Positions 9,876 through 19,400 are shown, numbered from the stretch's first letter. The stretch is DNA of 64,000 nt from Capsulimonadaceae bacterium (GCA_965215505.1 OZ244065.1:32001-96000); one strand, 5' to 3'. Numbers and translations: made by a program. The notes: generated by a model from the sequence alone, not told the origin.

Positions 9876-10691
9876 ATGCCTGACACGAACGTGCTCAGCT
9901 CCGGCGCGTACAGCGCCGTCTACAACGGACTCTCTCTCGCCGTCGCCGCGATGCTTGCGGGGACTCTCTTCTTCTTCTTCTCGCGCACACAGGTCGGTTT
10001 CAAGTACCGTCCTGCCCTCCTGGTATCGGCGCTCGTCACCGCCATCGCGTGCTACCACTACTTCCGCATCTTCAACAGCTGGGTCGATGCCCACGCGGTC
10101 AACGCCTCCGGCAGCTACGACCTGACCAAGAACACCTTCAACGACGCCTACCGCTACATGGACTGGATTCTGACCGTGCCCCTCCTGCTCGTGGAACTGG
10201 TCGCCGTTCTGGGGCTGCCGAAAGAGGAGAGTCGCGGCCTGCTCGTCAAACTCGCCGTCGCCGCCTTCTTCATGATCGCGCTCGGCTATCCGGGTGAGAT
10301 CCAGACGAACCTGGGCCTGCGGACGCTTTGGGGCACGCTCAGCACGATCCCCTTCGTCTACATCCTGTTCATCCTATGGAAGCAGCTCAGCACGTCGCTC
10401 GAGCATCAGCCGGCGGCAGTCAAGCCGCTCGTCCGCGGCGCGCGCCTCCTGACCCTGGCGAGTTGGGGCTTCTACCCCATCGCCTACATGATCCCCCTGC
10501 TCGGCAACGGCATTCCCTACGAGGGGAAGCAGATCGGCATTCAGGTCGGCTACACCATCGCGGACATCATCGCGAAGGTCGGCCTCGGCGTGTTCATCTA
10601 CTTCATCGCCATGGCGAAGACCGAGAACGACGCCCGGACCGGCGCTAACCCCTTCGAGCCGACGATTGGGGCGGCCACGGCACCGGCCTAG
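9876..10691 (+). CDS. Microbial rhodopsin 2, xanthorhodopsin/Gloeobacter-like proton pump (DTE)
   Basis: YHYFRIF, FNDAYRYMDWILTVPLLLVEL (D/T/E), LGYPGE, LWGTLSTIPF, WGFYPIAY, IADIIAK; AAAAGG RBS before ATG 9876. Confidence 0.95.
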   Translation: MPDTNVLSSGAYSAVYNGLSLAVAAMLAGTLFFFFSRTQVGFKYRPALLVSALVTAIACYHYFRIFNSWVDAHAVNASGSYDLTKNTFNDAYRYMDWILTVPLLLVELVAVLGLPKEESRGLLVKLAVAAFFMIALGYPGEIQTNLGLRTLWGTLSTIPFVYILFILWKQLSTSLEHQPAAVKPLVRGARLLTLASWGFYPIAYMIPLLGNGIPYEGKQIGIQVGYTIADIIAKVGLGVFIYFIAMAKTENDARTGANPFEPTIGAATAPA

Positions 10692-10730
10692 TCCCGTCCC
10701 GCGACAGGAGGGATGCTCCTCCAAACACAA

Positions 10731-10757
10731 AGCCGCGCCCCTTCACGGGGCGCGGCT
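10731..10757 (+). terminator. Intrinsic terminator-like hairpin after rhodopsin 2
   Basis: AGCCGCGCCCC-TTCAC-GGGGCGCGGCT perfect 11-bp stem with T-rich flank. Confidence 0.7.
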
Positions 10758-10810
10758 CCTTCACCTTTTGGTTTTCCTTGCACTGCGGTGAATAGAAAAT
10801 GGGGTTCCGG

Positions 10811-10978
10811 ATGACAAAGAGGCCGATCAAGTTCGTCGCCTGGGCCGTGATCGCGGCTGGATTTTTTCTGGCGAACTACGCCGCCCAGCATTCCTGGCCG
10901 CTCTGGACGATCACGATCACCGGGGCCGTCTTCATCGGCGCGGTCGTGGCATACGTCCTGACGGCGCAGTCACAGTAG
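10811..10978 (+). CDS. Small two-TM membrane protein (55 aa)
   Basis: Manual translation MTKRPIKFVAWAVIAAGFFLANYAAQHSWPLWTITITGAVFIGAVVAYVLTAQSQ*; below the ORF-track cutoff; fills the intergenic gap. Confidence 0.6.
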   Translation: MTKRPIKFVAWAVIAAGFFLANYAAQHSWPLWTITITGAVFIGAVVAYVLTAQSQ

Positions 10979-10992
10979 GCGAGTGAGACAGG

Positions 10993-11694
10993 CTAGTTCA
11001 GCGAGGACAGCCTGCCGAGCGCCTGGGTGTCCACGGGTAGGATCGTCCCTTCGGCTTCCGTCCGGGTGCCGAACGTCTCCTGGATCGCGTCCTGCGCCTC
11101 GATCTCCGCGCGCAGGAGTTCGGCCTCATACTCCAGCCGACTGACCGTGTCGCCGATCTCCAGCAGACTCTGTTTCTCCGCCAGCGGCACTTGCAGGACG
11201 CTGGCGACGGCATAAGACAGGTAGGCAGGCTCCTGGGGGAGCTGCAATGCGCCGAGGGAACGGCCCGTCATCGCGAAGAGCGCGCGCAGGTATTTCTTGA
11301 AGAGGCCCGTTACAGTTTCGGTGACGGGCTGCACGCGGACGGGGTCGTCCGCCCCTTCGGACAGCGGCTCGACGCTCGCGGAGAGGTAAGGCTTGTCGTA
11401 GGATGTCCGCGTCACGCGGAAGCGCGTCTCCCCGAAGACCAGGATGTTCATGCGTCCGTCCGGCATCTCCTCGAACTGGGTGATGCGCGCCGTGGTGCCG
11501 ACCAGGTGCGGGACGACCTGCCCGCCTTCTTCCGCGCCGTCTTGGATCAGGACCACGCCGAACGGCGAGTTCTCCTCCCGGCACCGCATGATCATCTCCC
11601 GGTAGCGCGGCTCGAAGATGTGCAGGGGGAGCGGCATGTCGGGGAACAGAACGACGTGCAGCGGGAACAGGGGGATGTCATCATAGTCTACCAT
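10993..11694 (-). CDS. LON peptidase substrate-binding (Lon-N) domain protein
   Basis: IPLFPLHVVLFP, PLHIFEPRYR, FGVVLI, VGTTARI, DGRMNI. Confidence 0.92.
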   Translation of the reverse strand: MVDYDDIPLFPLHVVLFPDMPLPLHIFEPRYREMIMRCREENSPFGVVLIQDGAEEGGQVVPHLVGTTARITQFEEMPDGRMNILVFGETRFRVTRTSYDKPYLSASVEPLSEGADDPVRVQPVTETVTGLFKKYLRALFAMTGRSLGALQLPQEPAYLSYAVASVLQVPLAEKQSLLEIGDTVSRLEYEAELLRAEIEAQDAIQETFGTRTEAEGTILPVDTQALGRLSSLN

Positions 11695-11721
11695 GGCATG
11701 CTCACTTGCTAGTCGGGGCGA

Positions 11722-12003
11722 CTACTCCGGGAGGATGGCGATATAGCCCAAGTCCTGCCCGAGCCGGAGGAACTCGTCCGCAGTCTGCGGGAGGCCGTAT
11801 CTGGTCTGGTGGGAGCCGTTATACAGTTCGACCGCCTTCTGGGCGAAACCGAGCGGCGTCATGGCGCTGAGGAACAGGCCCTTCCAGCCCAGCTCCTTCG
11901 CCACCCGCGCCTTGGCCTGGGCCAGAACATCGTCGGCGTCCGGCCCGGTCAGCACCTCGTCCACCTTGCGCCCCGCCACTTCCATCGTCACCCGGACCTT
12001 CAT
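11722..12003 (-). CDS. Hypothetical protein (93 aa), probably leaderless
   Basis: Clean ORF with GC3 bias; TATAAT 6 nt before the ATG. Confidence 0.7.
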   Translation of the reverse strand: MKVRVTMEVAGRKVDEVLTGPDADDVLAQAKARVAKELGWKGLFLSAMTPLGFAQKAVELYNGSHQTRYGLPQTADEFLRLGQDLGYIAILPE

Positions 12004-12069
12004 GGCGTGATTATACCCACTTCGTCCCCAAACCGCTCTGCCCCCTTTCTCGTCTCGTCGCTCCCTTTC

Positions 12070-13134
12070 TCATGCACGTCCCTCCGCCTGTCCCAGGGCG
12101 CGGTCCACGTCGTCGCGGAACGAGCGGAGCATGTCCTCGTCCCCGGTCGCCAGGCAGACGCAGTTGTCCCCGGCTTCGTAGTAGACCAGAAGGGTTCCGT
12201 CTTTGATGACCACCCCGGTCGGGAAGACTATGCCGCCTTTCTCCCTGCTGAACTCATACGTCTCCTGTGGGCCGAACACCCACTCCGGCCACCGCGCGAG
12301 GACGCGGCCCGGATCGTCCTTGTCCAGCAGTGCAATGCCGAAGCGGTACTCCCAGCCGCCCTCCGTCGGTTCCACGCCGTGGAAGATCAGCGCCCACCCA
12401 TCGGGCGTCTCCAGGGGCGGCGGCCCCGCCCCGACCTTGCCGCTGCTCCAGCCGGGCTGGTCATCCTCCTCTAGCACACAGCGCGGGTTGCCCCAGTGGA
12501 TCAGGTCCTCGCTCTCCGAAATCCAGATGTTCTCCTGCGGCCCCGCCGTCGGGCGGTGCAGAAGTTGATACTTGCCGCCGATGAGGCGCGGGAACAGCAC
12601 GGCGTCTTTGTTGTAGGGGTGGATCGCCAGCCCCAGGCGCGTCGCCGTCCGGAAGTCGCGCGTCGTCGCCAGGCAGACGCCCGCGCCGCGGCGCGACCAG
12701 CCGACGTAGGTGATGACGTACTCGCCCCGGTCCGCCAGGAAAGTCAGGCGCGGGTCCTCGCATCCCAAGTTGTCGTACCAGGCCGCTCCCTCGTTCGGGG
12801 AGAGCAGGGGCGTCTCCTCGATGCGCCAGCCGCCGGCCCCGTCCGCCGAGCGGGCGACATGGAGGTGGGAGTGGTCCTGGTCGTCAATGACTCTTAGAAG
12901 CAGCACGACCTCGCCGTCCACCAGGCACGCACCTGGGTTGCAGACGGCTTTGCAGGGGAACGGCATGTCCTCCGGCCGCAGGATCGGGTTCTTCGGGCTG
13001 CGCGTGAACAGCTCGCGCGCCCGCTCGATGTAGAGCGCCGGGATCGCCGAGGTCCGCTGCCGCGCCCCGGCGCGTTCGTCGGCCTCGATCTCCCTCTTCT
13101 GCGCTGCCATGGTCTGTTCCATGAAGTGCCTCAT
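12070..13134 (-). CDS. Glycoside hydrolase family 130 (mannoside phosphorylase/glycosidase)
   Basis: NPILRP, CNPGA, GCEDPRLT, NKDAVLFP, KVGAGPPP, WALIFHG, IVFPTG; GGAGG RBS before ATG 13134. Confidence 0.88.
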   Translation of the reverse strand: MRHFMEQTMAAQKREIEADERAGARQRTSAIPALYIERARELFTRSPKNPILRPEDMPFPCKAVCNPGACLVDGEVVLLLRVIDDQDHSHLHVARSADGAGGWRIEETPLLSPNEGAAWYDNLGCEDPRLTFLADRGEYVITYVGWSRRGAGVCLATTRDFRTATRLGLAIHPYNKDAVLFPRLIGGKYQLLHRPTAGPQENIWISESEDLIHWGNPRCVLEEDDQPGWSSGKVGAGPPPLETPDGWALIFHGVEPTEGGWEYRFGIALLDKDDPGRVLARWPEWVFGPQETYEFSREKGGIVFPTGVVIKDGTLLVYYEAGDNCVCLATGDEDMLRSFRDDVDRALGQAEGRA

Positions 13135-13153
13135 CCTCCCCTCTGTGGGGCCG

Positions 13154-13729
13154 TCATCGCACGGGTTCTGCGGCCCAGGCGTTCGAGGGCGCGTCGAGTT
13201 CCGGGGCGAATGAGCAGCTGGCCACCTGCATCCCATTCCAGAGGCTGACGCCCCCACCCAGGCGGCGACACAGGAGGCCGGGCATCGAGAAGAGGTTGTG
13301 CAGGAGGTGACGCTCCTGCAACCCGGAGGTCGTCGCCGGGAGAGGGAACTCAAGCCACAGGCGGTGGCCACTGGTGAACTCGATCTCCAGAACCGAGGCG
13401 GGCGGCGACCCCTCCCCGACAGCAGGCATCGCGCTCTGCCTGGCCTGGTACTCGGCCTGGGTGATCTCCAGGGGCAGGGCGGGGAGCGGCCCGGAGTCAA
13501 GCAGTTCTTCGGGAATCGTCTCCATGAGGAGACTGATGCCGATGAGGGTCGCCCCCGCATAGGCCGCCGACTGGTTATATCCGGTGATGACCAGGCTGGG
13601 CTGTGCGAAGATCTTGGGGCTGATCTGCTGTAATATCCGGCGTGCCTGCACCGGATCGTTCTGGATGAACTTGTGTGTCCTGCCATTGATGAGATGAAGA
13701 TCGATCTCAAGAAATCTCTGGGTCGTCAT
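13154..13729 (-). CDS. Hypothetical protein (191 aa, two similar halves)
   Basis: RBS-preceded ORF; LEIDLHLINGRTHKF and LEIEFTSGHRLWLEF suggest an internal duplication. Confidence 0.7.
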   Translation of the reverse strand: MTTQRFLEIDLHLINGRTHKFIQNDPVQARRILQQISPKIFAQPSLVITGYNQSAAYAGATLIGISLLMETIPEELLDSGPLPALPLEITQAEYQARQSAMPAVGEGSPPASVLEIEFTSGHRLWLEFPLPATTSGLQERHLLHNLFSMPGLLCRRLGGGVSLWNGMQVASCSFAPELDAPSNAWAAEPVR

Positions 13730-13810
13730 TTCGGGTTTCCTTTCGTCGGCCCCGTGGCCCCGTCAGAGATGCCGCAGGCCTGCGGTGAGCGGACTCGGCA
13801 CGGGTCACGC

Positions 13811-14044
13811 TCAGGCCCAGGCCGCCGGAGTGCCCGACGGCCCGTACTCTTGCCCCCGGATGTCCATGAGCTGAGATTTTCCAAGGCCGCCGCGCATCGC
13901 GGCGCGCGCGGCAAGGAACTCGTCTGTCGCCTCCATCTTCTCCTGTTGGGCGGCACGAAGCCGCGCCCTCGCGGTGCGGTAGCGCCCTTCCGCGCTTAAC
14001 TCCGTCGGCGGCTCGGCCGGCGTCCGTATCTCGGTGGATTCCAT
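13811..14044 (-). CDS. Small helical hypothetical protein, paralog of 15160-15435
   Basis: RYRTARARLRAAQQEKMEATDEFLAARAAMR shared with the paralog. Confidence 0.65.
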   Translation of the reverse strand: MESTEIRTPAEPPTELSAEGRYRTARARLRAAQQEKMEATDEFLAARAAMRGGLGKSQLMDIRGQEYGPSGTPAAWA

Positions 14045-14080
14045 GGTCTTACCCCGCCATTTCATCGTGGCTTAGGCGCT

Positions 14081-14239
14081 TCAGACGTCGTCGAAGTCCG
14101 TGTCAACGCCGAAAACCTCTTGGGCCGTCATTTCCCGCGTCTTGATGTTGACGTAGAGGACGCCGATCAGGGCCGCGCCCAGAACGACCAGAACGAACGG
14201 GTAGGTGCGTGTCGCCCCCCTCGGCTGCTGTGGTGTCAT
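14081..14239 (-). CDS. Small single-TM protein (52 aa)
   Basis: AAGGAG RBS then MTPQQPRGATRTYPFVLVVLGAALIGVLYV... Confidence 0.6.
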   Translation of the reverse strand: MTPQQPRGATRTYPFVLVVLGAALIGVLYVNIKTREMTAQEVFGVDTDFDDV

Positions 14240-14259
14240 TTCGATCTCCTTGCGCTGTC

Positions 14260-15096
14260 TCACCGGAAGAGGTGATCGGTCAGGCCTGTGTTCGGGCGGG
14301 CGTCCTGGATGAACGTCTGGCCGACGAACTCGCCCTGGGCATTGGCCGCGTCCACCTCTGAGGGCAGCCAAACGCCCGCCGTCAGGACCGGATTTCGGAA
14401 AGTGTAGACCGCGTGCAGCGCGCCGTCCTGGCCGTGTTCCTCCCGCCGGCGGATGATCCGGGTGTTCGGGTCGATCCAGACCAGCCGGAACGAGGTGTCG
14501 TGCATCCGGGGGGCGTAGCTCAACCGGAAGACCGCGCAGGGCGTCCCTTCGACGGGCTGCACCCCCTGGAACCTTGCGTCCGCGTAAGACAGGTAGAACT
14601 CATTGAGTAGGCCCGTGTCGAGCAGCGTCGTCACCTTGCCAGGTGCCTGGGACTCGTCCTGGTTCTTGTGGATGAAGCCGATGCGGATGTGCTGGGTGAA
14701 GCCGTCCATGACCAGCACGCCGTTCAGGCCGAGGACCTTGCCGTCCAGCCGGATCATGTCCGGCTGCTTGTAATGCAGGGTGCCGTTGCCGGCGACCTTG
14801 TAGAGCTGGCCGAACTCCTTGCTGATCTGTTCGCCGGCCTTTTTGTCGTACCGGCCCGTCCTAAGCGTCACCGTGAAGTCCTGGAGGCCGGGCTGGACGT
14901 AGGCATGGATGTCGCGGCTCAGGCCCGGCATCTGGGGACGCGGCGGGGCGGGCTGCCCCGCCGCGACCGCCGCGAGGTGGACGGGCGCTGCGGTGGCCGG
15001 CACGAGGGCGGAGAGTAGGGCGGCGGCCGCCGCCAGGGGCCGGAGCCGATGGGCGCGCACGCCGAAAATCTTGACGCTTATCTTGAAGCTCTGCAT
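14260..15096 (-). CDS. Exported LolA-like / outer-membrane lipoprotein-sorting fold protein
   Basis: Signal peptide; YKQPDMIRLD, RLVWIDPNT, GVWLPSEV. Confidence 0.7.
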   Translation of the reverse strand: MQSFKISVKIFGVRAHRLRPLAAAAALLSALVPATAAPVHLAAVAAGQPAPPRPQMPGLSRDIHAYVQPGLQDFTVTLRTGRYDKKAGEQISKEFGQLYKVAGNGTLHYKQPDMIRLDGKVLGLNGVLVMDGFTQHIRIGFIHKNQDESQAPGKVTTLLDTGLLNEFYLSYADARFQGVQPVEGTPCAVFRLSYAPRMHDTSFRLVWIDPNTRIIRRREEHGQDGALHAVYTFRNPVLTAGVWLPSEVDAANAQGEFVGQTFIQDARPNTGLTDHLFR

Positions 15097-15159
15097 GACT
15101 TGTTCCTCATTCACTTTCTGCCGCCCTTATCTGGCCGGCAGAGACTCGAAGGTGAGCGT

Positions 15160-15435
15160 TCAATGCTGACCTTCTCGCCGGACGCCTAGGCGGGCCGACT
15201 CCGCTGCCGAGGCTTGGCCGTCTTGACCCGGCCAAATCTCCTCCATCCGGTCGCGGAGGGCGGCGCGGGCGGCCAAGAACTCGATGCCGGCCTCCATCCT
15301 CTCCTGCTGTGCGGCGGAGAGCCGTGCCTTTGCTTGCCGGTATCGCTCCTCCATCGAGGCGGGAGCCACCATGCCGGGAAGGTGATTCACCAAGAGCCGA
15401 GGCGTGACTTGCCGGCCGTGATCGTCTGCATACAT
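15160..15435 (-). CDS. Small helical hypothetical protein, paralog of 13811-14044
   Basis: AGGAG RBS; RYRQAKARLSAAQQERMEAGIEFLAARAALR. Confidence 0.65.
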   Translation of the reverse strand: MYADDHGRQVTPRLLVNHLPGMVAPASMEERYRQAKARLSAAQQERMEAGIEFLAARAALRDRMEEIWPGQDGQASAAESARLGVRREGQH

Positions 15436-15469
15436 GGCGTTGACTCCTCTCGAGTGTTTGACGTTGCCT

Positions 15470-17143
15470 CTAATGCACCGCGACGGGGGCGGTGCCGGGT
15501 TTCGGCTTCTTGAGCAGCAGCAGTGTCGGCACCATCGCGACACTGATGAGCATCAGGACGAGGAAGGTGTCGTTGAAACTCATGGCGAACACCTGCCGTG
15601 TCAGCGTCCCGTCAATGAGTCCTAGTGCCCCCGCCTGCGCCTGGGCCTGGCCGTACCCGTGGGCGAGCAAAGTCCCGGCCAGCCCCGACACCCGCTCGTT
15701 GTAGGCCGGGTTGGCCGGGGTCAGGTAGCCGACGAGGTTGGCGCGATTGATGTGCTGGTGATTCTCCAGAGTGGTCGCCAGGATGGCGATCCCCACCGAA
15801 CCGCCGAGCTGTCGCGCCAGGCCCAGCAGGCCCACCCCCTGGTTGACCTCGGCCGGCTTCAGGCTCCCGACCGCGAGGGAGTTGACGGGGATGAACAGGA
15901 ACCCGATTGAGGCGCCCCGGATGATGAGCGGCCAGAAGGTGTCGGGGTTCCCCGACTGCGAGTTTAGGTGCGCCAGGCCCCACATGCCGATCACCGACAG
16001 CACGATGCCGATGAAGGTCAGCAGGCGCGCGTCCGGGGACACCTTGGGGTTGTTGCTGATGACGCCGCAGAAGACGATGCTGATGGCCGTCGCCAGGCCG
16101 CCAGGCAGCAGCGAGACGCCGCTCTGCAAGGCCGAGAGGCCCTGCTGCTGCTGGGCCAGCAGCGGGTACAGGTAGTTGACGCCGTACATCCCGAAGCCTA
16201 CGGCGATGAACAGGACGATGCCCGCCGTCAGCGACGTGTTTTTCAACACGCGCAGGGCGATGACCGGGTGCGTGTTGCGGGGTGAGAGCTGCCAGGCGAT
16301 CAGCCCGAGCAGCGAGACGACCGAGAGGACCGACAGCCGTGTGATCGTGGCGCTGGCAAACCAGTCGTCCTGCTCGCCCTCTTCCAGCACATACTGGAGG
16401 CAGCCCAGGCCGGCCGCCAGCAGTCCGATCCCCGCCCAATCGGCCCGGAGACTTTTCTCCGCCGCCTGCGTGTCATGCAGGAGGAAGAAGACGATGCCGC
16501 CCGCGAGGATGCCGATGGGGACGTTGATGAAGAAACACCAGTTCCAGGTGAGGGCGTCGGTGATATATCCGCCTAGGGCGGGGCCGATGGTGGGGAAGAC
16601 GACCAGGCCCATCAGGAAGACCGGCTGGACGATGGCCTGCTCCTTGGGCGGGAAGACCTGGACCAGCGTCGCCTGCGCTGTGGAGATGAGTGCCGCGCCG
16701 CCCGCGCCTTGCAGGATGCGCCACACGACCAATTCCCCGAGGCTGTGGGAGGTTCCGCAGAAGAACGAGGCGACCGTGAACAGGATGATCGAGCCGGTCA
16801 AATAGTTCCGCCGTCCGAACAGCGAGTTCAGGAAAGCGGTCATCGGCAGGACGACGACGTTGGACAGGATGTAGCCCGTGGAAACCCAGGCGATCTCCTG
16901 CGTCGTCGTGCTGAGGTTGCCGGCCATCTGGGGCAGGGCGACATTGATGATGGTGGTGTCCAGCACCTCCATCGCCGCTGCCAGGATCAGGCCGACTAGG
17001 ATCAGCCACCGGTAGCGGGTGTTCGCCATGGCGGCCGCTTCCGCCGATGCGGCCGCCTCCGCCGATATTCTGGGCGGCTGGGCCGGCCCGTTCAACTCGC
17101 GTGGGGTGCTGCGGGAACGCCCGCGTGCCGTTGATGTCGCCAT
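15470..17143 (-). CDS. DHA2 (EmrB/QacA) family MFS efflux permease
   Basis: MEVLDTTIINVALP, RILQGAGG, GPALGG, WNWCFFINVPIG, ARQLGGSVG; ~14 TM. Confidence 0.94.
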   Translation of the reverse strand: MATSTARGRSRSTPRELNGPAQPPRISAEAAASAEAAAMANTRYRWLILVGLILAAAMEVLDTTIINVALPQMAGNLSTTTQEIAWVSTGYILSNVVVLPMTAFLNSLFGRRNYLTGSIILFTVASFFCGTSHSLGELVVWRILQGAGGAALISTAQATLVQVFPPKEQAIVQPVFLMGLVVFPTIGPALGGYITDALTWNWCFFINVPIGILAGGIVFFLLHDTQAAEKSLRADWAGIGLLAAGLGCLQYVLEEGEQDDWFASATITRLSVLSVVSLLGLIAWQLSPRNTHPVIALRVLKNTSLTAGIVLFIAVGFGMYGVNYLYPLLAQQQQGLSALQSGVSLLPGGLATAISIVFCGVISNNPKVSPDARLLTFIGIVLSVIGMWGLAHLNSQSGNPDTFWPLIIRGASIGFLFIPVNSLAVGSLKPAEVNQGVGLLGLARQLGGSVGIAILATTLENHQHINRANLVGYLTPANPAYNERVSGLAGTLLAHGYGQAQAQAGALGLIDGTLTRQVFAMSFNDTFLVLMLISVAMVPTLLLLKKPKPGTAPVAVH

Positions 17144-17191
17144 CGTGATCCTCCCATCCGTCTCTGTTTGGTGCTATATGATATATCGCAA

Positions 17192-17211
17192 TATAATATG
17201 CCGGCTAACTA
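17192..17211. promoter_or_regulatory. Putative MarR operator upstream of the efflux gene
   Basis: Imperfect palindrome, minus strand ATAGTTAGCCGGCATATTAT, resembling ATAGTTTGGTGGTATATAAT in the marR promoter. Confidence 0.55.
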
Positions 17212-17277
17212 TTGCGGTTGAAAAAAGACCGGCCTAAGCCGGCACGTCGTCCCGAAACTTACCCCGCAGTCAGCCGA

Positions 17278-17808
17278 TCATGTGTTAGGAGTCCGCTCCC
17301 GCATGGCGTTCTCGATCCGCGACAGCCACCCACTCAGTGTGCATTTCTCCGCCTCATCGAGAGGCATGGATTGGGAGAGGGACAGCACATTCGTGTGCAG
17401 GAAGCCATCCAAAAATTGCCGCGTCTTGTCCGTCATCTGGATCGTCAGCGCCCGGCGGTCACGGCTGTCGTGGCGGCGCTCGACATAGCCTTCGCGTTCC
17501 AGCCCATCGAGCAGCCCCGTGATGGTCCCGCGGGTGACGCCCAGGTTCTCCGCGATGTCCGAAGGGCTGGGGTCCTCCTGTCCCGTGAGTTCTTCGGAGA
17601 ACAGGTAAACCAGCACATAGAACTTCCCCTCGGTCAGCCCGTGATGAGCCAGGTCGTTGTTGAGGCCCGCGCTCAATGTCCGGGCAAGGGACTGGACCTG
17701 TGAGATCACCCCGATCGTGGCGATGTCTATCATCGGGTAGCGCCGCGACATCGCCTGGAAGAACTCGCTCCGAAGCGGCGGTTTGCAGTATACTGTCTCT
17801 TTCTTCAT
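17278..17808 (-). CDS. MarR family transcriptional regulator
   Basis: SPSDIAENLGVTRGTITGLLDGLEREGYVER...DRRAL winged HTH. Confidence 0.93.
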   Translation of the reverse strand: MKKETVYCKPPLRSEFFQAMSRRYPMIDIATIGVISQVQSLARTLSAGLNNDLAHHGLTEGKFYVLVYLFSEELTGQEDPSPSDIAENLGVTRGTITGLLDGLEREGYVERRHDSRDRRALTIQMTDKTRQFLDGFLHTNVLSLSQSMPLDEAEKCTLSGWLSRIENAMRERTPNT

Positions 17809-17817
17809 TGTCACCAT

Positions 17818-17846
17818 ATTATATACCACCAAACTATAATTGTCAA
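17818..17846 (-). promoter_or_regulatory. Consensus sigma70 promoter of marR with overlapping operator-like box
   Basis: TTGACA-17 bp-TATAAT exact consensus, 9 nt before ATG 17808. Confidence 0.85.
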
Positions 17847-18580
17847 CCTTCCGAGGAAACTAGTTCCGGCGTCACTGCGAAAACCTCGGCGAACGCGCCG
17901 ATGGTGACGGCTTCTACTTCGGTCCGTATGGGGCACCGGCCGCCGAGAAGCTCGGCCAGTGAGGTGACATCGCGGTCGCGGATGCCGCACGGGACGAAGT
18001 CCCGGCGGAACGGCGTCAGGTCGGTCGTGACGTTCAAGGCCCAGCCGTGCATCGAGACCCAGCGCGAGACTTTGATTCCGATGGCCGCGATCTTGCGGTC
18101 GCCGACCCACACTCCGGTCCGGCCTGCCACACGCCCCCCGGTCAGACCATAAGAGGCGAGGGTGCGGATGATGACCTCCTCCAGGTCGCGCAGATATCGG
18201 TGCAGGTCCTGCCCGTGCTGCCGCAGGTCCAAGACGGGGTAGCCGACGAGCTGGCCGGGCGCGTGGTAGCTCACCTCGCCGCCTCGGTCCACGCGCTCCA
18301 CGGCGATGCCCCGCGCGCGCAGGGCGTCTTCGTCCGTCAGCAGGTCCGCCTCGTGGCTGCCCCGGCCGAGCGTGATGACGGGCAGGTGTTCCAGCAGCAG
18401 CAGCGTGTCCGGGATCTCGCCCCGCTGCCGCCGTTCGGCCAATACATACTGCTGTGCGAGGGCGGCCGGGTAGGGGACCGGGGCGGCGTGCGAGATGACG
18501 CGGCAGACCGGCCTTCCGGGTGCATCAGCACCGGGCGGCTCAACATTGGGAACGGTCGGTTCGGGTATAATCGGTGTCAT
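17843..18580 (-). CDS. lipB: Lipoyl(octanoyl) transferase (start uncertain)
   Basis: LLEHLPVITLG, DRGGEVSYHAPGQLVGYP, RKIAAIG, SMHGWALNV, VPCGI. Confidence 0.93.
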   Translation of the reverse strand: MTPIIPEPTVPNVEPPGADAPGRPVCRVISHAAPVPYPAALAQQYVLAERRQRGEIPDTLLLLEHLPVITLGRGSHEADLLTDEDALRARGIAVERVDRGGEVSYHAPGQLVGYPVLDLRQHGQDLHRYLRDLEEVIIRTLASYGLTGGRVAGRTGVWVGDRKIAAIGIKVSRWVSMHGWALNVTTDLTPFRRDFVPCGIRDRDVTSLAELLGGRCPIRTEVEAVTIGAFAEVFAVTPELVSSEG

Positions 18581-19400
18581 GGCGCGTCCCAACCTATCGT
18601 ACCTCAAAAACGTGATCTTGTTCCTGTTCGGCCTGCCGCTGGGGGCCTTGACCGGGCTGACCGCCATCGCCGGCAGCGTATTCGGCGTCCCCGCCGTCCG
18701 GTCGCTGCTGGGCCTGCGCCCCGCGCGGGCCGTCGGGGTGGGCCTGGCGGTGACGTTCTTCGCCGCCCTCGCCTCCATCCTCTCCTACGCGCAGCACGGG
18801 TACGTCTTCGCCGGGCTGGCCCTGCTGCTGGCCGTCTGCCAGATCGTGGGGGCGGCCTCGGGCGAGCGCCTGGCCGCGCGGCTGCCGGTCCTGGACCGCC
18901 TGCCGTGGCTCTGGGGGACGGTCGTGGTCCTGGGCGGCGTGGGGATGCTGGCGCAAGGGGCGGGGCTGGTAGGGCCGCACGCCCCGTGGGGCGCGGGCTT
19001 CGCCCACCATGCCTGGTTTTACCCCGCCGCCGCCCTACTCGCCGCCGCCGTGGGCCTGGTCAGCCGGGTTCTGGGCCTCGGCGGAGTCCTGATGGTCCCG
19101 GCGGCCATTTATGCTCTGGGGATGCCGCCGCACGCCGCACAGGGGACGGCCCTGGTCGTCCTCGCCCTGGCGTCCCTGCCGGGGATGCTCATCCACGCCC
19201 GGCGCGGCGACGTGGAGCCTCAGTCGGCCACCTGGCTCTCGGTGGGGGCGGTCTTCGGCGGCTTGGCCGGGGCACTCTGGGCGGTGACGGCGCTCGACGA
19301 GCGGGGGGCGGTCACTCTGTTCGGCCTGGTGCTGCTGGTCTCCGGCCTGATGCTGCTGATCTCCGGCCTGATGGCCTCGCGGCGCGGTGCCCCCGTCTAG
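18579..19400 (+). CDS. TauE/SafE (TSUP) family membrane protein
   Basis: Two-repeat ~8-TM pattern, LGLGGVLMVP, AQGTAL; TATAAT 7 nt before ATG 18579. Confidence 0.8.
   Translation: MARPNLSYLKNVILFLFGLPLGALTGLTAIAGSVFGVPAVRSLLGLRPARAVGVGLAVTFFAALASILSYAQHGYVFAGLALLLAVCQIVGAASGERLAARLPVLDRLPWLWGTVVVLGGVGMLAQGAGLVGPHAPWGAGFAHHAWFYPAAALLAAAVGLVSRVLGLGGVLMVPAAIYALGMPPHAAQGTALVVLALASLPGMLIHARRGDVEPQSATWLSVGAVFGGLAGALWAVTALDERGAVTLFGLVLLVSGLMLLISGLMASRRGAPV

Noticed and set aside
13135-13710. N-terminal extension of the 546-aa GH130 ORF
   Set aside because: Overlaps the 191-aa gene in another frame; a good RBS lies before ATG 13134.
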